Assembly: GCA_011388275.1 (NCBI GenBank) | Contig: DSAB01000122.1 | Coordinates: 15,491-79,490 of the forward strand | From: a bacterium | Lineage (GTDB): Bacteria; Zhuqueibacterota; QNDG01; DSAB01 | Reading direction: 5' to 3' | Length of the DNA: 64,000 nt | In this document: piece by piece, positions 28,116-38,043 of the stretch | Position numbering within the stretch: the first letter of the stretch is position 1 | Layout: each line of letters opens with the position of its first letter | Made by a program: the position numbers and the translations under genes | The notes under the pieces: model-generated | What the model was told of the DNA's origin: nothing | Seen by the model: only the letters and a program-made list of their open reading frames with translations | The model's database searches: none

Positions 28116-29120
28116 ATGGCAGAACGCTACTTTATCGGTAAAGTGCAATGGAGCACTCTTCTCGGTGGCTGGATGGAGAAATACCAGATTTTGGCGCCCC
28201 AGAAGCATGAAGGGGGACTTTTTCTGGAGCCCGTCAGCATGGAAAATCTGTCCACGATTGTCTATGATGCAGCGCGGGCCGTGCAGCCCCTGAAAGCCTT
28301 TCTGTTTCCGGCGCTGGAAGAGGTGACTGGAGAAAAGGCCGAGCCGGAAAAACCCTGGCTCTTTCTGGGAATCAAGGCGTGCGGCCTTTCGGCTCTGCCC
28401 ATTCTGGATCAGGCCTATGGCGGTGAATTCGCCGATCCCCATTATCAGAAACGGCGCCAGGAGAGTCTTATCGTCAGTTCGGATTGTTCGCAGCCGTGGG
28501 AGACCTGTTTCTGTACACTGATCGGCGGAAAGCCTTATCCCTCAGAAGGTTTCGATCTCAATCTTTCCAAAGTCTGGGATGGTTTTATCGTGGAGGCAGG
28601 CAGCGCACGGGGCAAGGCTCTGCTGGAGGGGCATGATGAAGTCCTGAAAGAAGTGGTGAAGGAGGAAGCGGAAGCACTCGACAAGATGCGCAAGGAGACC
28701 GTTTCAAAGATCGAAAAGCAGAACAAGGAGTACCGTCTGCCCGCCGATCTTCAAAAATTGATGGCGGGATCCTGGGAATCCGATGTATGGAAGGTTCATT
28801 CAGAAACCTGCGTGGAATGCGGTGCCTGCAACCATGCCTGTCCGACCTGCCACTGTTATTTCCTGGATGATGTGACCCGCAAAGAGTTTGTCAAGCTCAG
28901 AGGGTGGGACGCCTGTCAATATTCCGGATATGCGGTTACAGCCGGCGGAGGCACACCCAGACCCCATCTGTATGAACGGTTTCGCAATCGGTATTTCTGC
29001 AAGATAAAGTATCTCTTTGAAAACTACAACCGTCTCGGCTGCACGGGATGCGGCCGTTGCATCGAAGGATGTCAGGGACGCATCGATATGCGTGCTGCGC
29101 TGAACGATCTGACAAAATAA
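28116..29120 (+). CDS. Second sulfhydrogenase-beta/AsrA-like Fe-S subunit (paralog of 23134..24159)
   Basis: Same architecture and Cys motifs (CVECGACNHACPTCHCYFLDD; CTGCGRCIEGCQG). Confidence 0.7.
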   Translation: MAERYFIGKVQWSTLLGGWMEKYQILAPQKHEGGLFLEPVSMENLSTIVYDAARAVQPLKAFLFPALEEVTGEKAEPEKPWLFLGIKACGLSALPILDQAYGGEFADPHYQKRRQESLIVSSDCSQPWETCFCTLIGGKPYPSEGFDLNLSKVWDGFIVEAGSARGKALLEGHDEVLKEVVKEEAEALDKMRKETVSKIEKQNKEYRLPADLQKLMAGSWESDVWKVHSETCVECGACNHACPTCHCYFLDDVTRKEFVKLRGWDACQYSGYAVTAGGGTPRPHLYERFRNRYFCKIKYLFENYNRLGCTGCGRCIEGCQGRIDMRAALNDLTK

Positions 29121-29134
29121 GGGACCAATTTTCC

Positions 29135-29953
29135 ATGGGTCAGCCAAAGAATCCATATCAGCCGGTCAAAGCCGTTATTGAGAATATCATCGACGAAACT
29201 CCCGGGATCAAGACGTTTGTAATTAAACCTGAAGAGGCATTCGGTTTTCATTGCGGCCAGTTTGCCGAATTGACGGTGCCGGGGGTGGGGGAAGGGCCTT
29301 TTGCCATGTCGTCGCCCTGCCATAAACCCGAGATGCTGGAATTTACCATTCAAAATGTCGGTTACATGACCCAGCGGCTGCACAAGATGAAAAAGGGAGA
29401 TGTGGTGGGTGTTCGCGGTCCTTACGGCAACGGGTTCCCTCTGGAGAAGTATTACGGCAAGGAGGTGGTGCTGCTTATCGGAGGAGTGGGTTTTCCCCCT
29501 GCCCGTGCCTTGCTTTACAGCCTGCTTCATGAAAAGGATAAATTCAAGCGCCTTCTGATGTGTTACGGAGCCAGGACACCCCAGGATGTTGTGTACAAAT
29601 ATCAAATCGAAGATTTTCGCAAACAAATCGAACTCCATATGACGGTAGACAAGGCCGACGAGAGCTGGAAAGAGACGGAAGGCGTTGTCACTGTTCTGCT
29701 GGACAAAGTCAATTTTGATTTGAAAAATGCCGTGTCTGTGGTTATCGGTCCGCCGATCATGATGAAATTCGGGACTCTGAAACTCCTGGAAAAGGGTTTC
29801 AAACCCAGGGACATCTTTCTTTCCATGGAAAGAAAGATGTACTGCGGCATCGGACAGTGCCGCCATTGCATGATCGATCATCTATTCATCTGCAAGGACG
29901 GCCCTGTGTTCACTTATCAAGAGCTCAAGGACTTTCCTGACATTTGGGAATGA
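29135..29953 (+). CDS. Second sulfhydrogenase-gamma/AsrB-like FAD/NAD(P)-binding subunit with 2Fe-2S
   Basis: FNR-like domains (GEGPFAMSSP; LLIGGVGFPPARA). C-terminal CGIGQCRHCMIDHLFICKDG cluster. Confidence 0.7.
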   Translation: MGQPKNPYQPVKAVIENIIDETPGIKTFVIKPEEAFGFHCGQFAELTVPGVGEGPFAMSSPCHKPEMLEFTIQNVGYMTQRLHKMKKGDVVGVRGPYGNGFPLEKYYGKEVVLLIGGVGFPPARALLYSLLHEKDKFKRLLMCYGARTPQDVVYKYQIEDFRKQIELHMTVDKADESWKETEGVVTVLLDKVNFDLKNAVSVVIGPPIMMKFGTLKLLEKGFKPRDIFLSMERKMYCGIGQCRHCMIDHLFICKDGPVFTYQELKDFPDIWE

Positions 29954-30444
29954 GTATGGCAAAACGGCTATTCATCGATCTGGAAAAATGCCGCGAATGC
30001 GGCGAGTGTGAGGTTTCATGCAGTTATTTTTATCATCCCTTCAATGACGGGGTGATGTATCTGCGGGAACTGGCTGAATTCGCCACGACATGCCGTCACT
30101 GCGACGAAGCGCCTTGCGTCAAGAGCTGTCCCACGGACGCGCTGGAGAAGCTGGAAGACGGCATTCTGAAGCGGTATAACCTTCGCTGTGTTTCCTGTAA
30201 AAGCTGCAGCTATGCCTGCCCCTTCGGCACGATTTTGCCGGAACTTTTGCCTTATGCCGTGTCACGGTGTGATTTTTGTATTGGAAGGTTGAAAGAGGGT
30301 GAATCGCCTGTTTGTGTCGGAGGCTGTACTGAGGGCGCCGTCATGTACGGAGAATTCGAGCCGGATCAAAAAGAACATCGATTTTTGGTCGGAGAACATC
30401 TGGTCGTTCATTCAATTCCGTGGAAAAAGGAAGAATACGTATAG
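29950..30444 (+). CDS. Polyferredoxin-like 4Fe-4S subunit (HycB/MbhN-type electron transfer protein)
   Basis: Four Cys clusters (CRECGECEVSC; CRHCDEAPCVKSCP; CVSCKSCSYACP; CDFCIGRL…CVGGC). Start among the ATG/TTG codons at 29944-29956 is uncertain. Confidence 0.7.
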   Translation: MSMAKRLFIDLEKCRECGECEVSCSYFYHPFNDGVMYLRELAEFATTCRHCDEAPCVKSCPTDALEKLEDGILKRYNLRCVSCKSCSYACPFGTILPELLPYAVSRCDFCIGRLKEGESPVCVGGCTEGAVMYGEFEPDQKEHRFLVGEHLVVHSIPWKKEEYV

Positions 30445-30445
30445 T

Positions 30446-31372
30446 ATGAATGCTTATCTCGCTTACCTCGTGTTTCCGGGTTTCCTGTTTACGGCCGCTG
30501 CGGGCATGCTGGCCAGCTGGATCGACCGGAAATTGACGGCCCGGGTTCAGTGGCGCGTCGGGCCGCCGCTGCTGCAGCCTCTGTACGATTTCGTCAAGCT
30601 GCTGGGAAAAGAGACAATCGTTCCCAAAGGAAGCTCAAAGATCACTTTTCTGCTGGCTCCGGTTTTGGGACTGGTCGGAGTAACCTTTGTGTCCACCATG
30701 GTCTGGTCGGCCATGCTGTGGCCCGAAGGCGGATTTACGGGAGATCTGATTGTGGTTCTCTATTTCCTGATGGTTCCTTCACTGGCGGTTATTCTGGGGG
30801 CGTTCGCGTCCAAAAACCGGCTGGCTTCTCTGGGAGCGAGCCGGGAGATGAAGCTTATGCTGGCCGATGAACTTCCTTTTCTGCTGGCGGTTCTGGTAGT
30901 CATCATTCAATCGGGCGGCTCCCTGAAGCTCGGCCAGCTGATGACGTATCAGCAGAGCTACGGGATGATTCTCGGATCCGTTTCCGGGGTTCTGGCTGTT
31001 GTCGTGGCTGTTTTGACCATGCAGGCCAAGCTGACACTGGTTCCCTTTGACATTCCGGAAGCGGAGACAGAAATTATGGGCGGTGTTTTTGTGGAGTATT
31101 CAGGGCCTCCGCTGGCTGTTTTCAAGCTGACTCGAATGATGATGCTCATTACCATGCCTGCGGTTCTGACGCTGCTGTTTCTTGGAGGCGTGAAATTCGA
31201 AGGGTGGCATATTCTGTGGTCCCTGCTCAAGTTTTTCGTTCTGCTGCTTCTCATTACACTGATTCGCAACACCAGTCCGCGTGTTCGAATTGATCAGGCG
31301 GTACGATTCTTCTGGGGGCCGGTTACTGTTATCGGTATTGTAGCCGTTGTTTTGGCACTATTGGGGTTTTAA
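30446..31372 (+). CDS. NuoH/HycD/MbhM-like integral membrane subunit of a group-4 hydrogenase
   Basis: Polytopic. Conserved WRVGPP and PFD(I/L)PEAE(T/S)E motifs of the complex I subunit 1 family. Confidence 0.8.
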   Translation: MNAYLAYLVFPGFLFTAAAGMLASWIDRKLTARVQWRVGPPLLQPLYDFVKLLGKETIVPKGSSKITFLLAPVLGLVGVTFVSTMVWSAMLWPEGGFTGDLIVVLYFLMVPSLAVILGAFASKNRLASLGASREMKLMLADELPFLLAVLVVIIQSGGSLKLGQLMTYQQSYGMILGSVSGVLAVVVAVLTMQAKLTLVPFDIPEAETEIMGGVFVEYSGPPLAVFKLTRMMMLITMPAVLTLLFLGGVKFEGWHILWSLLKFFVLLLLITLIRNTSPRVRIDQAVRFFWGPVTVIGIVAVVLALLGF

Positions 31373-31376
31373 TCTC

Positions 31377-31802
31377 ATGGGAATTAAACTGAAAGCATTG
31401 ACTCGCTCACCGTGGGTTTATCATCTGTCTACGGGGAGCTGCAATAATTGCGACATCGAAATACTGGACTGTCTGACTCCGCGTTACGATCTGGAACGGT
31501 TCGGCATCGTTCTGGTAGGCAGTCCCAGGCATGCCGATGCTCTGCTTGTGACAGGAAACATGACGGCCAAGAACATACCCCGTGTCAAGAAAGTCTACGA
31601 GCAGATGCCGAAACCGGGAGTCGTCATCGCCGTGGGCACCTGCGCGCTGGGGCACGGCGTTTTCAACGGAAGTTATGTGATGCCCCACACCGTGGATGAG
31701 ATTCTTCCTGTGGACATCTACATTCCCGGATGTCCCATGAAACCGGAGGCTTTTATCGCCGGAGTGGCGAAGCTGCTGGCCGTACTGAGGCAGAAAGCCT
31801 AA
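31377..31802 (+). CDS. NuoB-like small subunit of a group-4 [NiFe]-hydrogenase (MbhJ/EchC/HycG type)
   Basis: GSCNNCDIE…G(S/T)CA…PGCP Cys pattern for the proximal 4Fe-4S cluster. Confidence 0.8.
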   Translation: MGIKLKALTRSPWVYHLSTGSCNNCDIEILDCLTPRYDLERFGIVLVGSPRHADALLVTGNMTAKNIPRVKKVYEQMPKPGVVIAVGTCALGHGVFNGSYVMPHTVDEILPVDIYIPGCPMKPEAFIAGVAKLLAVLRQKA

Positions 31803-31820
31803 AAAATAGAAGAGGATTGA

Positions 31821-32258
31821 ATGACCTGGGCAGAAATCGCGAAGCGCATCAAAAAGGAACGCGGCGACCAGATTCTGAAATGGTTTGAACACAATCCGAA
31901 GAGAATCTATGCGGATATCGATCCGGAAAATCTGCTGGATTTTGCGCGGTATCTTTTCAAGGATCTGAATGCCCGTTTTATTATTGCATCGGCTCTGGAC
32001 ACGCCCCGGGGGGGAGTGGAAATCATCTATCACTTCGATTTCCTTCAGCTTCCCCAGGTATTTTCCATACGCGTTTTTGTCAGGAAGCCGGAACTGGAAG
32101 TCGAATCCATTTCACCTGTAATCAAGGGCGCGGAATGGATCGAAAGGGAGATCGCCGAATTGCTGGGTATTACTTTCAGAAACCATCCGAATCCGATTCA
32201 TCTCATCCTGCCCAATGACTGGCCTGAGGGGAACTATCCCCTGAGGAGGGATCAATGA
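31821..32258 (+). CDS. NuoC-like (30-kDa) subunit of a group-4 hydrogenase (MbhK/EchD type)
   Basis: 145 aa with an NuoC-fold signature (E(R/K)E(I/V)xE(L/M)xGI). Position between the B-like and D-like subunits. Confidence 0.65.
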   Translation: MTWAEIAKRIKKERGDQILKWFEHNPKRIYADIDPENLLDFARYLFKDLNARFIIASALDTPRGGVEIIYHFDFLQLPQVFSIRVFVRKPELEVESISPVIKGAEWIEREIAELLGITFRNHPNPIHLILPNDWPEGNYPLRRDQ

Positions 32259-33439
32259 GCGAAATCATTCCCATTGGCCCTTATCATCCATTGCAGGAAG
32301 AGCCTGAATTTTTCAGACTGCACGTCGAAGGTGAAATCGTCAAGAAGCTGGAAATCGAGATCGGCTATAACCATCGCGGCATCGAAAAGCTGGCGGAATC
32401 CAAATCATGGGATCAGGTTGTCTTTCTGGTGGAAAGAATCTGCGGAATCTGTTCAACGAGCCATCCGGCTGCTTCCATCTGCGCCATGGAGGATCTGGGA
32501 GGGATCGAGGCTCCGGAGAGGGCTCAGTATATACGCACCGTCATCTGTGAACTGGAACGGGTTCATTCCCATATGCTCTGGCTGGGTCTGGCCGGTCATT
32601 TCATCGGATACAACACGGTCTGGATGTGGGTCTGGAAATACCGTGAAATCGTGTGCGACCTGCTGGACAAGATCACGGGAAACCGCCAAAGTTACGCCAT
32701 GTTCAAATGCGGCGGCGTCCGAAGGGATATTCTGGATGAGGATATGCTCTGGATACGCCAATCTTTGAACAAACTCAAGCCGGCTCTCGATCTGTTCAAG
32801 GGCGCGGTCATGGATGATCCGGTGATTCACGCGAGGACCAAGGGCGTCGGTGTTCTGACCAGGCAGCAGGCCATCGATTATTGCGTGGTCGGACCCACGG
32901 CCAGACCGTCCGGAGTGGCCATCGATGTGCGAAAAGACAATCCCTATTTCGCGTATGACTGGATCGATTGGGATATTGTCGTCTTGGAAGAAGGCGATGT
33001 GTTTTCCAAGACGGCTGTCCGAATTCTGGAAATGTATGAATCCATCAAGATCATCGAGCAGTGTCTTGACAAGATGAAGCCCGGCGTTATCGATCTGCAT
33101 GTCAAGGAGCTGCCCGCCGGAGAAGGCGTCGGCCGCGCGGAGGCGCCGAGGGGAGAGGTCTTCCACTACTGCATGAGCGACGGGTCCAATTTCCCCATGC
33201 GGTACAAGGTCCGGGCGCCCAGCTATACCAATATCTTTTCCAATGAAGCCGCCTGTGTGGGTCAGACTGTGGCCGATGCGGCTCTGGTGCTGGCCGCGGT
33301 GGATCCCTGTTATTGCTGCACGGAACGTTCCATCACCGTGAGAAACGATCGCGGAGAGGAAAATATTTTGACCGGCGGTGATCTCATCCGGCTTTCTCAT
33401 GAGAGAACCAAACAAATCAGAAAAGAATTGGGTGTATAA
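32255..33439 (+). CDS. Group-4 [NiFe]-hydrogenase large subunit (NuoD-like; MbhL/MbxL/EchE/HycE type)
   Basis: N-terminal ERICGICSTSH (RxCGxCxxxH) and C-terminal DPCYCCTER metal-ligand motifs. 394 aa. Confidence 0.8.
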   Translation: MSEIIPIGPYHPLQEEPEFFRLHVEGEIVKKLEIEIGYNHRGIEKLAESKSWDQVVFLVERICGICSTSHPAASICAMEDLGGIEAPERAQYIRTVICELERVHSHMLWLGLAGHFIGYNTVWMWVWKYREIVCDLLDKITGNRQSYAMFKCGGVRRDILDEDMLWIRQSLNKLKPALDLFKGAVMDDPVIHARTKGVGVLTRQQAIDYCVVGPTARPSGVAIDVRKDNPYFAYDWIDWDIVVLEEGDVFSKTAVRILEMYESIKIIEQCLDKMKPGVIDLHVKELPAGEGVGRAEAPRGEVFHYCMSDGSNFPMRYKVRAPSYTNIFSNEAACVGQTVADAALVLAAVDPCYCCTERSITVRNDRGEENILTGGDLIRLSHERTKQIRKELGV

Positions 33440-35250
33440 TGAATCCGCTTCTTTATCCAATCGTCATTCCATTCATAGCCGGCCTGCTTCTTTATGTGAT
33501 ACCCAGAAGGGTGAAGGGAATTCACGAGGCAGCAGCCCTGCTGGTGAGCGCGGGTACCTTTGGACTGACTGTGTGGCTGTTTTTGCAGAAACCCATGGAA
33601 TGGACGACACAGAACAGCCTCATTCTTCGGCTGGATGATCTGAGCGCGTTCATTCTGCTGGCTGCGGGGCTCTTCGGATTTCTGATTGCCCTGTATTCAG
33701 TGATCTATATGAAGGATCGGAATCAGCGTTCCATGTATTATGGATCCCTGCTGCTGACTCTGGGAGCCACATGCGGCGCGCTGATGTCCAATCATTTGAT
33801 CCTGCTGCTGATCTTCTGGGGATTTCTGGGCATCACACTCTATCTGCTAATTCAAAGCGGCGGTGACGGGGCCGCACCCGCGGCAAAGAAGAGCCTTATC
33901 ATCGTCGGCGGAAGCGACGCGCTCCTGCTTCTGGGAATTGTTTTCATCTATTCCCTGACAGGAACGTTCGAAATGGATAAAATACTGCTTTCCTTCAATA
34001 ACGGACTGGTGACCTGGGTTTTTGTTCTTCTGGCCTTAAGTGCTTTCGCGAAAGCCGGCTCTTTACCGCTTCATACATGGATCCCTGATATGGCAATGCA
34101 CACCCCGATACCCGCCACGGCACTCATGCCCGCGGCATTGGATAAACTGCTGGGGATCTACCTGTTGGGCCGTATGGTTCTGAATCTTTTTCAGATGACC
34201 GGTGCAATGAATCTTTTTCTGATGATCGTGGGCGCTGTTACAATAATCACCGCCGTCATGATGGCTCTTGTTCAGCATGATCTCAGAAAGCTGCTGGCTT
34301 ATCACGCGGTTTCACAGGTCGGATATATGGTGCTGGGTATCGGAACAGGAACAGTAATAGGCATTGCAGGCGGTCTTTTCCATATGTTGAACAATACGCT
34401 GTATAAGACCTGTCTTTTCCTGACCGGAGGATCCGTCAAATATCGGACCGGCAGCACGGATCTGGATGAGTTGGGTGGACTGGCCCGGTTCATGCCGATG
34501 ACCTTTTTATCCTTCATATTTGCCGCTCTGGCGATTTCGGGTATTCCGCCTCTCAATGGTTTCGTATCCAAGTGGATGGTCTATCAGGGCTTGGTGGAAT
34601 TGGGACGGGAAGGCGATAAACTGTGGGTAGTCTGGCTCCTTGCGGCGATGTTCGGCAGCGGCCTGACACTGGCCAGCTTCATGAAATTGACCCATACCGT
34701 GTTTCTGGGTGACAGTGCGAAAAGGGCGGGCAGAAAGATCAAAGAAGTCGGATTTATTATGTGGCTTCCCACGGTTATCCTGGCGGTTCTCTGTGTTCTT
34801 TTCGGCGTATTCGCCATTCAGGTTCCGCTGAAACACTTTATCATTCCCGCCATGGGCTCGGATATCGAATATATAGGATCCTGGTCGCCGGGTCTGGCCA
34901 CAGTGATGATTCTCATCGGAATCGGCATCGGTTTTCTGATTTATCTGGCAGGAAATCTCAAAGGCATTCGTGAAGCCGACAGTTTCATCGGCGGCGAAGA
35001 ACTGGACAGTGAGACGCGGGTGACCGGGACGGGATTTTACAACACTATTCGTGAGATGGGAATGTTCTCCAGAATTTACCGGTGGGCGGAAGATAAATGG
35101 TTCGATGTTTACGATCTGGGTAATCATCTGTTTTCCGGGATCGGAGGCGTGCTTAGCAAGGCGCACACCGGTGTTCTCAATCTTTATGTTTTCTGGTTTG
35201 TTTTTGGACTCATTGTTTTACTTATCGTACTGATGGGAGGCAGTCTATGA
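33439..35250 (+). CDS. MrpA/NuoL-like antiporter-type membrane subunit (MbhH-like)
   Basis: 603 aa polytopic. Conserved antiporter-module motifs (WIPDAM…, GxxG(L/I)F…H). Confidence 0.8.
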   Translation: MNPLLYPIVIPFIAGLLLYVIPRRVKGIHEAAALLVSAGTFGLTVWLFLQKPMEWTTQNSLILRLDDLSAFILLAAGLFGFLIALYSVIYMKDRNQRSMYYGSLLLTLGATCGALMSNHLILLLIFWGFLGITLYLLIQSGGDGAAPAAKKSLIIVGGSDALLLLGIVFIYSLTGTFEMDKILLSFNNGLVTWVFVLLALSAFAKAGSLPLHTWIPDMAMHTPIPATALMPAALDKLLGIYLLGRMVLNLFQMTGAMNLFLMIVGAVTIITAVMMALVQHDLRKLLAYHAVSQVGYMVLGIGTGTVIGIAGGLFHMLNNTLYKTCLFLTGGSVKYRTGSTDLDELGGLARFMPMTFLSFIFAALAISGIPPLNGFVSKWMVYQGLVELGREGDKLWVVWLLAAMFGSGLTLASFMKLTHTVFLGDSAKRAGRKIKEVGFIMWLPTVILAVLCVLFGVFAIQVPLKHFIIPAMGSDIEYIGSWSPGLATVMILIGIGIGFLIYLAGNLKGIREADSFIGGEELDSETRVTGTGFYNTIREMGMFSRIYRWAEDKWFDVYDLGNHLFSGIGGVLSKAHTGVLNLYVFWFVFGLIVLLIVLMGGSL

Positions 35251-35780
35251 TGACCACTCTCATCCTCCTGACCGTTCTCATGATACTTGGCGCCATTGTG
35301 GCCCTGGAGAGCAGGGACTTGCTTTCCGGAATCATCTCTCTTGGAATCATCGGATTCGCTCTGACCATCATTTTTCTGGTTTTGCAGGCCCCGGACCTGG
35401 CTATCGTTCAGATTATCATCGAGACGCTTACCCTGGTCATTCTGATCGCCGCGGTGCTTAAAACCACACGGAAAGAGGTGAATGATCCCGTCAACAAACG
35501 GAAAGTTCTGTTGTGGAGTGCAGGATTGATCGGTGTCGCCGTGTTTCTGCTGGCGGCCTGGCGGGCTCTTCATCATATGCCCGAATTCGGTCATCTCACT
35601 CTCCGTATGGCGCAGGCGTATGTTGATCAGGGCGCGAATCTCACGGGAGCCGGAAATCTGGTGGCAGCGGTGATTCTTGACTTCAGAGGATATGATACTC
35701 TGGGTGAGGCGACTGTCCTGTTTACGTCCGTGGCCGGTGTGGTATCGGTTCTGCGAAAGGTGGGGAGGAAACACGCATGA
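35247..35780 (+). CDS. Mrp-type small membrane subunit (MnhB/MbhD-E-like)
   Basis: 177 aa, 4-5 TM helices, inside the Mrp module. Stop/start overlap with its neighbours. Confidence 0.55.
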   Translation: MMTTLILLTVLMILGAIVALESRDLLSGIISLGIIGFALTIIFLVLQAPDLAIVQIIIETLTLVILIAAVLKTTRKEVNDPVNKRKVLLWSAGLIGVAVFLLAAWRALHHMPEFGHLTLRMAQAYVDQGANLTGAGNLVAAVILDFRGYDTLGEATVLFTSVAGVVSVLRKVGRKHA

Positions 35781-36211
35781 AGGGCATGACACTGATTGTC
35801 AAGGAGATCACCCGGCTGATGGTTCCGTCCATCATATTATTGGGTGTCTACGTCGTTCTGCACGGCCACCTGACTCCGGGGGGAGGATTCGCAGGAGGTG
35901 TTTTGATCGCGGGTTCTTTCGCTTTGATGGTTTTGGCTTATGGATCCGAAGAAACAAAACGCGAAATCAAGATGTGGCATGCCACGTTTGGCGAAAGCAT
36001 GGGCATATTCCTGTTCTGGTTTTTAGCTCTGATGGGTGTCATTCAGGGAACCCATTTTTTCACCAACATTCTGGCCAAGGGTCGGACAGGCGACTTGTTC
36101 AGCGCGGGAATCATTCCGCTGTGTAATATCGCCATCGGTATCGAGGTGGCGGCGGCTCTTTTCGCCATCTTCTTTACCATGGCTGTTATGAGGTTGGGAG
36201 AGAAGTTATGA
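35777..36211 (+). CDS. MnhB-domain membrane subunit (MrpB-like)
   Basis: HGHLTPGGGFAGG motif characteristic of the MnhB/MrpB domain. Confidence 0.7.
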   Translation: MKGMTLIVKEITRLMVPSIILLGVYVVLHGHLTPGGGFAGGVLIAGSFALMVLAYGSEETKREIKMWHATFGESMGIFLFWFLALMGVIQGTHFFTNILAKGRTGDLFSAGIIPLCNIAIGIEVAAALFAIFFTMAVMRLGEKL

Positions 36212-36546
36212 TCCTATTCATTCTGGCAATTCTCCTTTTTCTGATCGGCCTGTACGGCGTGCTGGTGAAGCGAAACCTGATTAAAATGATTATCGGGTTG
36301 ATGATCATGGAATATGCTGTGAATCTTATTTTCACTCTTGTGGGTTACCGTTCGGGAGGAACCGCTCCAATCGTCACCGATTCGATCAGCAGCGTGCTCT
36401 ATGTCGATCCCCTGCCCCAGGCCCTGGTTCTCACCGCGATCGTCATTGGTTTGGGGACCACGGCGCTGGCCGTATCATTTGCTGTTCGGATTTTCGAAAA
36501 ATACGACACTTTCGATGTACGAAAAATCAGGAAGTTACGCGGATGA
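36208..36546 (+). CDS. MrpC/NuoK-like membrane subunit
   Basis: 112 aa, three TM helices, NuoK-like. Confidence 0.65.
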   Translation: MILFILAILLFLIGLYGVLVKRNLIKMIIGLMIMEYAVNLIFTLVGYRSGGTAPIVTDSISSVLYVDPLPQALVLTAIVIGLGTTALAVSFAVRIFEKYDTFDVRKIRKLRG

Positions 36547-38042
36547 ACTTCATACCTTTATTTGTGATTGTACCGCTGGGTGCCGCATTTCTAATGCCCG
36601 TTGTTTCCAGACTTTGGAAAGGCATGTCTGATGTGTTGGGAAACCTGGCCGCCTTGTTTTTGATGGTTTGGTCTTTCGCGGCGCTGCAGATGGGTCATGA
36701 GACCACGGTTTTCTATGCAGGTGGATGGGAACCTGTCGCATCCATTCCTATTGGAATAGCCATGGTCATGGACGGGCTCACGGTTTTCATGCTGATCATC
36801 ATCAATGTGATCGGATTCGCGGTTACCCTGTACTCCGTCAACTACATGAACCATTATACGGACAAGGCTAAATACTATACTTTGTTTCTGCTTATGATGG
36901 CCGGACTCAACGGCGTCGTTTTGGCCGGTGACTTGTTCAACCTGTTTGTGTTTCTTGAAATATCGGCGATCGCTTCCTATTCGCTTGTGGCCTTCGGCAT
37001 CGGATCTGAAGAACTGGAGGCTTCCTTTAAATATCAAATACTCGGTGGAACCGCCTCGACTCTGATTTTAATGGGGATCGCTTTTTTCTATCATATGACG
37101 GGGACACTCAATCTGGCCGATGCTTCCACCGTAATCCAGCAACTGGGCACTCATCCGGGAATTATTTTCGTATCCATCCTTTTTCTGGTTGGCTTCAGCC
37201 TGAAGGCGGCGCTGATACCGTTTCATGCCTGGCTTCCGGATGCTCATCCTTCCGCCCCGGCTCCCATTTCGGCCATGCTTTCGGGAGTGGTGATCAAGGT
37301 CCTCGGTGTTTATGCCCTGATAAGAATCTTTTTCAATGTCTTCGGCATTACAGCGATGCCTTCTGTATTGACGATTTTCATCGTTTTGGGATCGGTTTCC
37401 ATGGTGGCCGGAGCGTTTCTGGCGATCTCTCAAAGTGATTTCAAGAGAATGCTGGCCTATTCATCCATCAGCCAGATAGGGTATGTGCTGTTTGCTTTGG
37501 GCCTCGGGACACCACTGGGAATTCTTGGTGCCATGTTTCATCTGATCAACCATGCTGCGTTCAAATCGCTGCTATTTTTAAATTCAGGGGCGGTTGTATA
37601 CCGAACAAATACTCGGGATCTGGACCAGCTGGGTGGAATTTCACAAAAAATGCCGGTCACCGGTATCACCTCGCTTCTGGGTTCACTCTCAATCAGCGGA
37701 TTGCCCCCTTTTGGAGGGTTCTGGAGCAAGCTGATCATTATCATGGCAGCCGTTGAATCCGGTCATTTTGCGCTGGCCGGCGTGGCTGTTTTTACGAGTA
37801 TTGTTACTCTGGCCTATTACATGAAACTTCAGAAAGAGGCCTTTTACGGAGCATTGAAAGCCTCTTTTGGAAAACTGAAAGAAGCTCCTTTTCTGATGAG
37901 TCTGTCCGTGATTCTGCTGGCGATTGTGGTAACCGGAATGGGTCTTTTATTGATTCCCGAATTCAAATCAGTCATTCTGGACCCCGCCGTGAAGATCATC
38001 AGCGGAGGATTGAACTATTCAAAACTGGTTCTGGGAGGATGA
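36543..38042 (+). CDS. MrpD/NuoN-M-like antiporter-type membrane subunit
   Basis: 499 aa polytopic, antiporter-module signature helices. Confidence 0.8.
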   Translation: MNFIPLFVIVPLGAAFLMPVVSRLWKGMSDVLGNLAALFLMVWSFAALQMGHETTVFYAGGWEPVASIPIGIAMVMDGLTVFMLIIINVIGFAVTLYSVNYMNHYTDKAKYYTLFLLMMAGLNGVVLAGDLFNLFVFLEISAIASYSLVAFGIGSEELEASFKYQILGGTASTLILMGIAFFYHMTGTLNLADASTVIQQLGTHPGIIFVSILFLVGFSLKAALIPFHAWLPDAHPSAPAPISAMLSGVVIKVLGVYALIRIFFNVFGITAMPSVLTIFIVLGSVSMVAGAFLAISQSDFKRMLAYSSISQIGYVLFALGLGTPLGILGAMFHLINHAAFKSLLFLNSGAVVYRTNTRDLDQLGGISQKMPVTGITSLLGSLSISGLPPFGGFWSKLIIIMAAVESGHFALAGVAVFTSIVTLAYYMKLQKEAFYGALKASFGKLKEAPFLMSLSVILLAIVVTGMGLLLIPEFKSVILDPAVKIISGGLNYSKLVLGG

Positions 38043-38043
38043 G

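Noticed and set aside
27939-28442. 167-aa minus-strand ORF spanning the hydrogenase-2 leader and the start of the beta2 gene
   Set aside because: It overlaps the well-supported + strand beta2 gene and the AT-rich promoter/leader. It has no RBS and no domain signal, and is most likely spurious.
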